The notes beneath the pieces were generated by a model. The model made no database searches and was not told the DNA's origin. It saw only the letters and a program-made list of their open reading frames with translations. Below are positions 17,721 through 27,043 of a stretch of DNA of 41,343 nucleotides, piece after piece. The stretch is from the IMG/VR virus record IMGVR_UViG_3300021354_000013, positions 1 to 41,343 of that record; one strand, written 5' to 3'. Made by a program: the position numbers and the translations under genes. The DNA comes from a virus (taxonomy: Duplodnaviria; Caudoviricetes). Every line of letters starts with the position of its first letter. Position 1 is the stretch's first letter.

Positions 17721-18173
17721 ATGGCACGAGTAAGTTACAGCGAAGAGTTGGCAGATGAGATATGCGCAAGAATTGCGGAAGGCGAATCAATGCGTGGGAT
17801 TTGCGCGGATATTCACATGCCAAATTGGCGAACGGTGTGGAGGTGGCTTGATGCTAACGATGACTTTGCCAGCAGGTGCGCGCGCGCCAGAACTTTGCAA
17901 GCAGAAGCGCTTGAGTGTGATATGGCAGAGATCGAGCGCGACACGCTGTCAGGTGTAGTCGATGCGAAAGCGGCCAACGTGGTGTTATCGTCTAAGCGCT
18001 GGCGGGCAGCTAAACTTGCTCCCAAGAAATACGGCGACAAGATCACCACGGAGCTCACCGGTGCTGATGGTGGACCGGTTGAGATCAACGACACTGATCG
18101 CGCGGCTAAAGTCGCAGCGCTTATCGCACAGGCCCAGGGCAGGCAGAAAGTAGATGCAAGCGACCTTGTTTGA
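17721..18173 (+). CDS. terS: Terminase small subunit
   Basis: YSEELADEICARIAEGES.R.IC....MP...TV..WL; W.AAKLAPKKYGDK; ELTGADGGP. Confidence 0.92.
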   Translation: MARVSYSEELADEICARIAEGESMRGICADIHMPNWRTVWRWLDANDDFASRCARARTLQAEALECDMAEIERDTLSGVVDAKAANVVLSSKRWRAAKLAPKKYGDKITTELTGADGGPVEINDTDRAAKVAALIAQAQGRQKVDASDLV

Positions 18174-19674
18174 TCCGGAAGTTTTAAAATATCTCACACC
18201 GGCGGAACTTAAAGAGCTTGATGTTTTGCTTGCGACGATGCCGGTATGGATGCCGCTGCAAGGTCCACAGTCGATGGCGTATGAATCCACGGCGGATATC
18301 ATCGGCTATGGCGGGGCAGCTGGTGGGGGTAAGACAGATCTGGCTTGTGGTAAGACGCTTAGACAGCACCAGAAGACGCTGGTGCTTCGACGCGAGGCAA
18401 CCCAGCTCACTGGTATCATCGATCGCTTTACCGAGCTTATCGGCAGCCGTGATGGCTTTAATGGCGCGGAGAGGATCTGGCGACTACCAGGTAAGCAGAT
18501 CGAGTTTGGTTCTACACCTAACGTGGATGACTGGAACAAGTACCAAGGCCGGCCGCATGATCTGCTGATCTTCGATGAGGCGGCCAACTTTCTGGAGTCT
18601 CAAGTCCGCGCATTGCTCGGCTGGCTGCGATCAGTCGATCCTAAACAGCGATGCCAGGCATTGCTGACTTTTAACCCACCAACAACAGCAGAAGGCCGGT
18701 GGATCATTGCGTTCTTTGCGCCTTGGCTGGACCCTAAGCACCCAAAGCCGGCGCAACCTGGTGAGCTAAGATACTTTGCGATGGTCGAAGGCAAAGAGAT
18801 CGAGTGCGAGGATGGCACGACCTTCACCCATGGCAGTGATGTCATCACACCGATGTCGCGCACGTTTATTCCGTCACGCATATCGGATAACCCCTATCTC
18901 ATGAACACCGGCTATATGGCAACACTGCAAGCCTTGCCGGAACCGTTACGCTCACAAATGCTTTATGGAGATTTTATGGCAGGTATTGAAGACGACCCAT
19001 GGCAAGTTATCCCAACCGCTTGGGTAGAAGATGCGCAAGCAAGGTGGGTAAGACCACTCAAGCTGCCGCCAATGGACTCCCTAGGCGTGGACGTGGCGCG
19101 GGGTGGGCGAGATACTACGCTCATTGCCCGACGGCATGACATGTGGTTTGATGTGCCGCTAGTCTATCCAGGCACCGCCACACCGGACGGACCGACCGTG
19201 GCCGGCTTAGTGATTGCAGCTAACCGCGATCAATCCCCCATTCACATTGACGTGATTGGCGTGGGCGCATCGCCGTATGATTTTTTGAAAGACACCAACC
19301 AACAAGTGATCGGCGTAAACGTATCCGAGGCCGCAACCGGTTTGGATAAGTCAGGCCGGCTACGGTTTAAAAACCAACGCTCAGAACTTTGGTGGCGCAT
19401 GCGCGAAGCGTTAGATCCCACTAGCAACACCGGCATTGCTTTGCCGCCAGATCCACGATTATTTGCCGATCTTTGCGCACCCACCTGGTCGCTGTCTGGA
19501 TCGACAATCTATGTGGCCAGTCGCGATGAGATCATTGCCAAGATTGGCCGATCACCGGACTACGGCAGTGCGTACTGTCTGGCCTTGCTTGACACACCTA
19601 AGCGCTCCTTTTTGCCGTTCGGCAATAACAACACCAGGCGCGCTGTACTCGACTACGATCCGTACAAGATTTGA
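18154..19674 (+). CDS. terL: Terminase large subunit
   Basis: YGGAAGGGKT, FDEA, TFNPP, DNPYL, GVDVARGG.D, GRSPD. Confidence 0.95.
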   Translation: MQATLFDPEVLKYLTPAELKELDVLLATMPVWMPLQGPQSMAYESTADIIGYGGAAGGGKTDLACGKTLRQHQKTLVLRREATQLTGIIDRFTELIGSRDGFNGAERIWRLPGKQIEFGSTPNVDDWNKYQGRPHDLLIFDEAANFLESQVRALLGWLRSVDPKQRCQALLTFNPPTTAEGRWIIAFFAPWLDPKHPKPAQPGELRYFAMVEGKEIECEDGTTFTHGSDVITPMSRTFIPSRISDNPYLMNTGYMATLQALPEPLRSQMLYGDFMAGIEDDPWQVIPTAWVEDAQARWVRPLKLPPMDSLGVDVARGGRDTTLIARRHDMWFDVPLVYPGTATPDGPTVAGLVIAANRDQSPIHIDVIGVGASPYDFLKDTNQQVIGVNVSEAATGLDKSGRLRFKNQRSELWWRMREALDPTSNTGIALPPDPRLFADLCAPTWSLSGSTIYVASRDEIIAKIGRSPDYGSAYCLALLDTPKRSFLPFGNNNTRRAVLDYDPYKI

Positions 19675-19705
19675 TGCACTTACCCAGATTATGGTGCCGT
19701 AGGCT
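19672..19705 (+). promoter_or_regulatory. Putative phage late promoter 2 (TGATGCACTT-N18-TAGGCT)
   Basis: Same motif and spacing as at 3511, 26051 and 31502. Confidence 0.75.
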
Positions 19706-19713
19706 TTGGCACC

Positions 19714-20172
19714 ATGAACGACATTCTAATCAAACCCATCAGCATTACCCAAATCCAAGCCGCGAGTAACATCGACGCGCTACTGGACGCGTATGCGCAG
19801 GAGTCTGCGCTCTCTGTCATGCCCGAACCGCTACCCGATTGGGACGGATACGCAGCGATGGAAGAGAGTGGCGGCATCATTGCACATGGCGTGTATGCAG
19901 GCGACACCTTGGTCGGCTTCATGGTGATCATGATGTGTTATGCCGCGCAGTATTCGGCATCGATCGGCAACACTATGGCGATCTTTGTGCTACCCGAATA
20001 CCGCAAATTTGGCACCGGCAAAAAGCTGGTTGATAGCGTGGCAGAGGCTGCGTTTAGTCACGGCATGGCGGCATTAGCTATCGGTGCGCCATCAGAAAGC
20101 CGGCTTGCAAAAGCGGCGGAATCTATGGGTTTCAAAGAAACAAACCGCATCTATCTGCGAGCAAAACCATGA
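19714..20172 (+). CDS. GNAT-family acetyltransferase
   Basis: LVGFM, IFVLPEYRKFGTGKKL acetyl-CoA-binding motif A, MGFKE. Confidence 0.85.
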   Translation: MNDILIKPISITQIQAASNIDALLDAYAQESALSVMPEPLPDWDGYAAMEESGGIIAHGVYAGDTLVGFMVIMMCYAAQYSASIGNTMAIFVLPEYRKFGTGKKLVDSVAEAAFSHGMAALAIGAPSESRLAKAAESMGFKETNRIYLRAKP

Positions 20173-20612
20173 GCGCTGTGATCCACACCATGAACGACCG
20201 CGCTTTGCAATGTGTGCATCAACTGCACGATGCTATGCGCGAGTTACCCCAGGTGAAGATCAATACCACGCATCATCTGCACGCGGGTTTGTATCACCGC
20301 ACAATATTTGTGCCGGCGGGAACCGTTGTGGTGGGCGTGATGGTCAAGATCCCGACGACCTTGATCGTCAGCGGCCATGCCATGCTCTACATTGGCGAGG
20401 AAGCGCGCGAGATCAAAGGCTATCAGATCATCGAGGGTGACGGCGGACGTAAGCAAGCCGCGTATGCGATTGAAGACACTATGTTCACGATGAGCTTTGC
20501 CACAGATGCGGCCAGCGTGACCGATGCCGAAAACGAATTTACCGACGAGGCTGAGCAGCTGCTCACTCGCACCAACCAACTCACTTACGAGGAAGCACAA
20601 TGTCTGGAGTAG
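20169..20612 (+). CDS. Cupin-like beta-barrel protein
   Basis: HHLHAGLYHRTIFVPAGTVVVG...IVSG...GRKQAAYAIEDT. Confidence 0.7.
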   Translation: MSAVIHTMNDRALQCVHQLHDAMRELPQVKINTTHHLHAGLYHRTIFVPAGTVVVGVMVKIPTTLIVSGHAMLYIGEEAREIKGYQIIEGDGGRKQAAYAIEDTMFTMSFATDAASVTDAENEFTDEAEQLLTRTNQLTYEEAQCLE

Positions 20613-20914
20613 CATTAGCCGTAACCGCAGTCGCTGCCGCTGCCGGCGTGGGTGTTTCTGCCGCACAAGGCGCAGAGCAAGCGGATCAAGCGAAGAAGTC
20701 TATGCAACAAGCGCAGGCCAATGCGGACCGCACCGCTAAGCAAGCGGATCAAGATTTCAACCGCGCGAATCAAAAGAAGCCCGACACTGCCGCCATTCTT
20801 TCGGCCGCGCAACAAGCAGGCAAGAGCGGTGCTTCAGGCACTATGCTAACCGGTGCGCAAGGCGTAGATCCTGCATCATTGACGCTAGGCAAAAGCACTT
20901 TGCTAGGGGCCTAA
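20600..20914 (+). CDS. Small virion-associated protein (pre-portal)
   Basis: Ala-rich N-terminus, coiled region, GTMLTG.QG...LGKSTLLG C-terminus typical of the gene before the portal in these podoviruses. Confidence 0.75.
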   Translation: MSGVALAVTAVAAAAGVGVSAAQGAEQADQAKKSMQQAQANADRTAKQADQDFNRANQKKPDTAAILSAAQQAGKSGASGTMLTGAQGVDPASLTLGKSTLLGA

Positions 20915-20917
20915 GGG

Positions 20918-22582
20918 ATGGAAAACACACCCCGCAATAAATTACAGACACGGTGGGGTCAGCTCAAGACCGAGCGCGCAACCTGGTGGGCGCACTGGAA
21001 AGAGCTGTCAGATTATCTGTTGCCGCGCTCAGGCCGTTATTTTATTCAAGACCGTAACCGTGGCTATCGCCGGCACAATTACATTTACGACAATACAGGC
21101 ACGCGCGCCCTGCGCGTATTAGCGGCGGGGCTCATGTCAGGGCTAACTAGTCCTGCGCGCCCTTGGTTTCGTTTGGCAACCACAGATCCCGCATTGATGG
21201 AGATCGCTGAGGTGAAATACTGGCTTAACGATGTGACTAGCATCATGCTAACCGTGTTTCAAAAGTCAAACACCTATCGCGCATTGCACAGCATGTACGA
21301 AGAACTCGGCACGTTTGGCACCGCGGCATGTATTGTCATGCCCGATTTTGATAACGTGATCCACATGTACCCGCTCACGACAGGTGAGTATGCGATTGCA
21401 ACCAACTGGAAGGGGGAAGTAACTACCCTTTACCGCGAGTTTCAGAAAACAGTGCATGAGATCGTCACCGAATTTGGTATTGAGAACGTCATGCCCTCGA
21501 CGCGCTCGATGTATGAGCGTGGATCTTTAGACGCATGGATCACAATCATCCATTGCATAGAGCCGCGTACTGATCGCGATCCTAGCAAGAAGGACAATAT
21601 GAACATGCCCTGGCGCTCGGTCTACTTTGAGGTGGGATCGGCACCAGACCAATACTTGAGTGAGAGCGGGTTTACCCGTTTTCCGGCATTATGCCCACGC
21701 TGGTCGATTTCAGGCGGCGACATCTACGGCAATAGCCCAGGCATGGAAGCGTTAGGCGACATCAAACAATTACAGCACGAGCAGCTGCGTAAAGCGCAAG
21801 GCATCGACTATCAAACCAACCCGCCCTTACAGGTGCCAACGTCTATGAAGAACCGTGACGTGGAACGCTTGCCTGGCGGCGTAACGTATGTGGATGTGGC
21901 CGGCGGATCGCAAGGCGTAAAAACTGCGTTTGAAGTCAATTTAAATCTCAATGACCTGCTGATGGATATCCAAGACGTTCGGCACCGCATCGAAGGCAGC
22001 TTCTATGCGGATCTTTTTCTGATGCTGGCCAATCAGACAGATGCCCGAATGACTGCCACTGAAGTTGCAGAACGTCATGAAGAAAAGTTATTGATGCTCG
22101 GTCCTGTGCTTGAGCGTTTACAAAACGAATTGCTAGATCCCCTGATCGAGATCACGTTTGATCAGATCATGGCCTCTGGCATTGCACCACCGCCACCAGA
22201 AGCCATGCAAGGCCACGACATTAACGTTGAGTTGGTGAGCATGTTGGCCCAAGCGCAGCGCGCAGTCGGCACCAACTCGATTGACCGGTTTATCGGGACT
22301 GTAGGCAGTGTGGCGCAGTTTAAACCGGAAGTCTTAGACAAGATCGATGGCGACAAACTCACCGATATCTATGCGGATTCGCTCGGCATTGATCCACGCA
22401 TCTTGCTTGCCCAGGACAAAGTGGACGCATTACGTGGACAACGCGCCCAAGCGCAGCAACAAGCGACGCAAGCGGCCATGATGAACCAAGGTGCCGATAC
22501 CGCACAGAAACTTGCGGCGGCTAAGACCAACGAACCCAACGCATTAACTGACGCCACTCGCGCGTTCAGTGGCTACAGTTAA
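20918..22582 (+). CDS. Portal (head-tail connector) protein
   Basis: LAAGLMSGLTSPARPWF, YG.SPG..AL.D, MTATEVAERHEEKLLMLGPVLERL. Confidence 0.95.
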   Translation: MENTPRNKLQTRWGQLKTERATWWAHWKELSDYLLPRSGRYFIQDRNRGYRRHNYIYDNTGTRALRVLAAGLMSGLTSPARPWFRLATTDPALMEIAEVKYWLNDVTSIMLTVFQKSNTYRALHSMYEELGTFGTAACIVMPDFDNVIHMYPLTTGEYAIATNWKGEVTTLYREFQKTVHEIVTEFGIENVMPSTRSMYERGSLDAWITIIHCIEPRTDRDPSKKDNMNMPWRSVYFEVGSAPDQYLSESGFTRFPALCPRWSISGGDIYGNSPGMEALGDIKQLQHEQLRKAQGIDYQTNPPLQVPTSMKNRDVERLPGGVTYVDVAGGSQGVKTAFEVNLNLNDLLMDIQDVRHRIEGSFYADLFLMLANQTDARMTATEVAERHEEKLLMLGPVLERLQNELLDPLIEITFDQIMASGIAPPPPEAMQGHDINVELVSMLAQAQRAVGTNSIDRFIGTVGSVAQFKPEVLDKIDGDKLTDIYADSLGIDPRILLAQDKVDALRGQRAQAQQQATQAAMMNQGADTAQKLAAAKTNEPNALTDATRAFSGYS

Positions 22583-22600
22583 TTTAACCAGGAGATTTCC

Positions 22601-22894
22601 ATGCCCAGACAACTTTTTGCACAAGCACTTTTTACCAACGGCATTAAACAACCGTCAGAATTTGAAGGTGAGCCGGTTACCACATCCGACAGCACGGATC
22701 TAGGCAGTGGACCTTGTACGGCGATTTACGTCACAGGTGCAGGCAACGTCAACGTCAACCTAGCGGGTGGCGGCACGGCGGTATTGACTTCACTTTCCGC
22801 AGGTCAAATCGTGCGTGTTAATGCTTCTCGCATTTTATCTACTAGCACTACGGCAACCGGCATCTTTGCGCTCTATCCTGCCGGCAATTTATAA
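22601..22894 (+). CDS. Head spike base-like protein 1 (RcGTA Rcc01079-like)
   Basis: VTTSDSTDL....AIYVTGAGNV.V...GG...L...G...V...RI..T.TTAT.I.AL. Confidence 0.65.
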   Translation: MPRQLFAQALFTNGIKQPSEFEGEPVTTSDSTDLGSGPCTAIYVTGAGNVNVNLAGGGTAVLTSLSAGQIVRVNASRILSTSTTATGIFALYPAGNL

Positions 22895-22922
22895 GGCTCT
22901 GACACTTTTATTAGGATTACAC

Positions 22923-23180
22923 ATGCAATCAACTAATCTCAAAGCAGAAAATACAGCGCCCGCTGAAAGTGCGGTATTAGTAACCCCTAGCGATAGCACG
23001 GATTTGACTAACCTTTGCAGAGCCCTTTATGTAGGTGGTGCGGGTAATTTAAATATCGACATGGCTGATGGAACTACTATTACGTTTTCAGGATTGTCAA
23101 GCGGACAGATACTGCCTGTAAGAGCAAAGCGAGTGCGCGCTACCGGCACAACAGCCACTAACATTATCGCAATGCTATAG
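22923..23180 (+). CDS. Head spike base-like protein 2 (RcGTA Rcc01079-like)
   Basis: PAESAVLVTPSDSTDL...RALYVGGAGNL...ILPVRAKRVRATGTTATNIIA; start ATG 22923 after AGGA. Confidence 0.75.
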   Translation: MQSTNLKAENTAPAESAVLVTPSDSTDLTNLCRALYVGGAGNLNIDMADGTTITFSGLSSGQILPVRAKRVRATGTTATNIIAML

Positions 23181-23182
23181 CC

Positions 23183-24574
23183 ATGCAACTGAATGGATTA
23201 TCCCTAGCAATAACAAACATCTTGGGCGGTAGGTTTAACCCTTTAACTTGGTTTGCCGCGGGAGAACAAGGCGCATGGTACGATCCAAGTGTCTTGACGA
23301 CTTTGTTTCAAGACAGCGCAGGCACTACGCCTGTCACGGCAGTAGAACAACCTGTCGGGTTGATGCGCGACAAGTCAGGTAGAGGCAACCACGCCTTCCA
23401 AGCCACAGCAGGCAACCGCCCGATACTGAGTGCAAGGGTGAATATATTGACGTATAGTCAAACATTTGCTTCTCCTTGGGCAAACATTCGATCTACTGTT
23501 CCTCCAAGTATGATACCTGCGCCTGATGGAACAATTAGTGGTGTTTTATTTACTGAATCATCTTCAGCAGGTACTCAATTTATAACCCCTGTTGGCGGTG
23601 GAATAGTAGCTTCATCTGCGGGAACATACACTTTTAGTGTATATGGAAAAAATAATGGAAGATATTTAACATTAGCTGGCAATAATGGGATATCCAACTA
23701 CATTTCTGTCATTTTTGATTTAAGTTTAGGGACATATTATCAGTATCAATCTGGTGGGCAAATTATAAATTCAGTTTCATGCACACAAATAGGTTCAACA
23801 GGTTGGTATAGATGCGTAGTTACTGCTACATTTACAGCAGCATCAGGAATTAATATAGCTGGGTCTAATGTAACTACCGTTCCTACTGGGGGTTATGGAC
23901 TACCAACTTATACAGGTGATGGTGTATCAGGATTTTATCTCTGGGGAGCAGACCTACGCCCAACAAACGCAGGCGCATTGCTTCCACCTTATCAGCGCGT
24001 CAACACCGATACCGATTACGACTCAGTAGGCTTTCCGCTGTATCTCAAGTGTAACGGCACAAGCTCTGCTATGCAGACAAACTCTATTGATTTCACCGCG
24101 ACAGATAAGATGACTGTGGTGACTGGAGTTAGGAAGTTGAGTGATACTACGAATCAAAATGTATTTGAAATGGGGAACACTTTACCAGCTGGAGGTTTTA
24201 ACTTATATGCACCAAACACTTTAAACTCACCAAGCTATTCGGCATATGTTAATGCTGGAAATGTATCGTTAATAAACTCGTCTAATAGTTACCCTGCACC
24301 AATATCTAATGTTGTTTCTCTGTTAGTGAATAATAGTGGTGTCTCACCAAATCAACAATTGTTAAGGGTTAATGCAGTAGGAAGCGGCACTCAATCAGCA
24401 ACGCTTTCAGGTAACTTTACAAATATACCTTTATTTTTGTTTTCACGGGCAAGTACATCTTCGTTCCTTAACGGTCAATTCTACGGCGCAATCATTCGAG
24501 GCGCACAATCTGACGCAGCATCAGTGACTCAAACCGAGAACTACATGGCACAAAAAACAGGGATCACATTCTAA
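23183..24574 (+). CDS. Head spike fibre / carbohydrate-binding virion protein
   Basis: GAWYDPS.LTTLFQDSAGTTPVTAVEQPVG..RDKSGRGNHA N-terminus; GWYRC.VT; LamG-like C-terminus; follows the spike-base genes. Confidence 0.65.
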   Translation: MQLNGLSLAITNILGGRFNPLTWFAAGEQGAWYDPSVLTTLFQDSAGTTPVTAVEQPVGLMRDKSGRGNHAFQATAGNRPILSARVNILTYSQTFASPWANIRSTVPPSMIPAPDGTISGVLFTESSSAGTQFITPVGGGIVASSAGTYTFSVYGKNNGRYLTLAGNNGISNYISVIFDLSLGTYYQYQSGGQIINSVSCTQIGSTGWYRCVVTATFTAASGINIAGSNVTTVPTGGYGLPTYTGDGVSGFYLWGADLRPTNAGALLPPYQRVNTDTDYDSVGFPLYLKCNGTSSAMQTNSIDFTATDKMTVVTGVRKLSDTTNQNVFEMGNTLPAGGFNLYAPNTLNSPSYSAYVNAGNVSLINSSNSYPAPISNVVSLLVNNSGVSPNQQLLRVNAVGSGTQSATLSGNFTNIPLFLFSRASTSSFLNGQFYGAIIRGAQSDAASVTQTENYMAQKTGITF

Positions 24575-24846
24575 TGACAAATTTTACTAACTGCACAATC
24601 CTAGTCCTTGCTGAAGATCGGACAAAAGCGCAAGACGTAACGACAACTGAATACTTCAATGCAGAAGCCAGCGCGGACGGACAACTCCCAGCAACGCATT
24701 ATTTTATGTCCGGTCCTCTCAGCAATGATGAGGTTGATGCCATTGTAAATACAAGTTGGCCTAAGTGGATACGCTCAGATAATTGGCAAGCAGCTTTGTC
24801 CGGTCTTGGTTTGATGCCGGTTATACCTACAGAGGGGGGAATCTAA
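24574..24846 (+). CDS. Hypothetical protein (possible fibre chaperone)
   Basis: Coupled to the fibre gene (TAATG overlap); PATHY..SG motif. Confidence 0.65.
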   Translation: MTNFTNCTILVLAEDRTKAQDVTTTEYFNAEASADGQLPATHYFMSGPLSNDEVDAIVNTSWPKWIRSDNWQAALSGLGLMPVIPTEGGI

Positions 24847-25136
24847 TGGCCTTAATCAGCATGAAAACCTCTGAGGAAAACGACGCGACCGCGATGACGA
24901 GCGTCTTGGCAGTTACACCGAATGACAGCGCGGATCTTGTGCCACCGGTTGGACCGGCCAGGCCGACACGTTCAATCATGGCGAGTGGCGCCGGTACGAT
25001 TGCAGTAGTCATGGCCGATGGCAGCACGGCGACCATCACGATTCCTGTCAACGCGATTGGCTTCTTGATTGCGCTTTCTGTTAACCGTATCAAAGCGACC
25101 GGCACCACTGCCACGCTGATCACCGCTTATTTCTAG
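24846..25136 (+). CDS. Head spike base-like protein 3, with an N-terminus shared with 25739-26053
   Basis: VTPNDSADL...TRSIMASGAGTIAVVMADGS...V.RIKATGTTAT.I.A; start ATG 24846. Confidence 0.65.
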   Translation: MALISMKTSEENDATAMTSVLAVTPNDSADLVPPVGPARPTRSIMASGAGTIAVVMADGSTATITIPVNAIGFLIALSVNRIKATGTTATLITAYF

Positions 25137-25145
25137 GAGACCTTT

Positions 25146-25649
25146 ATGACAAAACGAATTGGAAGTAACCCGTTTGTATATACGGACGATGGCGCAAAAG
25201 CGATAAGCGTAGCAAACCCAGACGGATCTAACTCAGATCTTGCTGCCAACTTTACAAACGTTTCTGCAATCCCCACAGGCTTTGTTGGTACTGCAAGGGT
25301 GGGAACTGATTTGTATGTTGGGGATGGAATAATTTTAGTAAAAATAATTAATGCGTCAAATCCGCAAGTTAATTATACAAATTCATCAGCAACACCGGGG
25401 AATGTAACTAATAATTCTCCAAGTGGTAGAGCGGCAATTGCGTCGGGGGCGGCGTCTTGTGTTGTTACAAATTCATTAGTAACAGCAACCTCAAAGATAT
25501 TTGTTCAATCTGAATCAAATGACCTAAATGTTGCTTCAATTTATGTGTCTGCTGTTGCCGCTGGTTCTTTTACGGTTTCAGCCTCAGGATATGGCCTTTT
25601 AGGCAATCCAACAGCCAGTTATAAGTTTTCATTTCTAGTGGTGAACTAA
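25146..25649 (+). CDS. Putative virion decoration/fibre-like protein
   Basis: AGGAG RBS; C-terminal SGRAAIASGAASCVVTNSLVTATSKIFV...AGSFTV beta domain common in phage fibre termini. Confidence 0.55.
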   Translation: MTKRIGSNPFVYTDDGAKAISVANPDGSNSDLAANFTNVSAIPTGFVGTARVGTDLYVGDGIILVKIINASNPQVNYTNSSATPGNVTNNSPSGRAAIASGAASCVVTNSLVTATSKIFVQSESNDLNVASIYVSAVAAGSFTVSASGYGLLGNPTASYKFSFLVVN

Positions 25650-25738
25650 ACATTTTACTAGGCTTATAACAAACCAAACGACCCTCTCTCGAGGGTCAAA
25701 CCCGCCCGAAAGGGTGCTAATCGCTTATAAGGATAACC

Positions 25739-26053
25739 ATGCCTCTTATCTCTATGAAAACTTCCGAAAATAACGACGCGCCGGAGGCAATACGTTCAAA
25801 CCCTTACGGCTATGGTCTTGAGATCCGCTTGAATGAGGATCAATGTGAAGCGCTTGGCATCACCACACCACCAACCCCTGGCAGCAAGGTGATGATCAAG
25901 GCGCAAACCATCGTCGTTGAGGTGAGACAGACCGTCGAAGCTGATGGTGACGACACCGGACCGGATACTTACATGTGTCTACAAATCACGGATCTGGATT
26001 TGGGCAGTGTTGAAAGTAACACCAGCAGCGCGACCATGCTCTACGGTGACTGA
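25739..26053 (+). CDS. Capsid staple/decoration-like protein (epsilon15 gp10-like)
   Basis: YGYGLEI.L...Q..ALGI...P..G..V.I.A...V...LQITDL. Confidence 0.6.
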   Translation: MPLISMKTSENNDAPEAIRSNPYGYGLEIRLNEDQCEALGITTPPTPGSKVMIKAQTIVVEVRQTVEADGDDTGPDTYMCLQITDLDLGSVESNTSSATMLYGD

Positions 26054-26084
26054 TGCACTTACCCGCAATAAATCCCTATAGATT
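26051..26084 (+). promoter_or_regulatory. Putative phage late promoter 3 (TGATGCACTT-N18-TAGATT)
   Basis: Same motif and spacing; upstream of the scaffold/capsid genes. Confidence 0.75.
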
Positions 26085-26090
26085 GGAGCC

Positions 26091-26393
26091 ATGACCAGAG
26101 ACATTGATCCATTTTCACTTGAAGACGCGCAGGAAGAACTTTCTAAACGCGCAAGATTCACAGCCGATCTGGAGATCAATGATCTTAAATGGTTGATGAG
26201 TAACAAGCGGGGGCGTCGTTTCGTTCATCGCTTGCTCGAACGCGCAGGCGTTTGGCGGCTCTCTTTCAATACCAATGCGTTATCGATGGCTTTTGCTGAA
26301 GGCACGCGTAACGAAGGGTTGAGACTGTTGGCCCAACTGACCGAACACTGCCTAGATCGATATACCGAGATGCTTCAGGAGCAAAAAGAATGA
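26091..26393 (+). CDS. Conserved head-module protein (BPP-1 Bbp19-like)
   Basis: DLKWLMS.KRGRRF..RLL..AGV...SF......MAF.EG.RN.GL. Confidence 0.75.
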   Translation: MTRDIDPFSLEDAQEELSKRARFTADLEINDLKWLMSNKRGRRFVHRLLERAGVWRLSFNTNALSMAFAEGTRNEGLRLLAQLTEHCLDRYTEMLQEQKE

Positions 26394-27034
26394 CTGATAC
26401 GCTGATGACTGACGGCCAAACTACCCAAGTAACCGATAGCCAGACGACCGCTGACACATCTACCGACAATTCATCGGCAGACACGCAGCAAACCCAGGTG
26501 ACAGATACCGATAGTCAGACGACTGACCAGGCGAAAGCCGATGCAGACGCGGGGAAAGACGAAGGCGATAAGCCTGGCGCCCCCGAGAAGTACGAATTTA
26601 AACCGCAAGAAGGCCGCGTCTTTGACGAGGCAATCCTTGCAGCCTATTCGGACGTAGCTCGCGAGTTGAATCTATCGAATGAGGATGCACAAAAAGTGCT
26701 GGATAAGGTCGCACCGGTCATGGCCGAGCGACAACTAGCGCAGATTGAAGCCGCAAAGAACGAGTGGGCAGAGTCCGCAAAGTCTGACAAAGAGTTCGGT
26801 GGTGAAAAAATCACCGAGAACCTTGGCACGGCAAAGAAAGCCCTTGATGCTTTTGGCACCCCAGAGTTGAAAGCCCTGTTAAACGAGTCGGGCTTAGGTA
26901 ACCACCCCGAAGTAATTCGGCTAATGTACCGCGCCGGCAAAGCGATCAGTGAAGATAAATTTGTGGGAGGTCGCCAAGCGGCACCTGGCACAAATGGCTC
27001 GCTCGCTGACAAACTTTATTCTAATCAAAAATAG
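26390..27034 (+). CDS. Capsid assembly scaffolding protein
   Basis: Acidic Thr/Gln-rich N-terminus, GAPEKYEF, GLGNHPE.IR...AG.AISED; directly before the capsid gene. Confidence 0.8.
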   Translation: MTDTLMTDGQTTQVTDSQTTADTSTDNSSADTQQTQVTDTDSQTTDQAKADADAGKDEGDKPGAPEKYEFKPQEGRVFDEAILAAYSDVARELNLSNEDAQKVLDKVAPVMAERQLAQIEAAKNEWAESAKSDKEFGGEKITENLGTAKKALDAFGTPELKALLNESGLGNHPEVIRLMYRAGKAISEDKFVGGRQAAPGTNGSLADKLYSNQK

Positions 27035-27043
27035 GAGCTTTAG

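Noticed and set aside
26390-26530. Short internal repeat (TQVTD..SQTT) in the scaffold N-terminus
   Set aside because: Ordinary low-complexity duplication in a disordered scaffold region.
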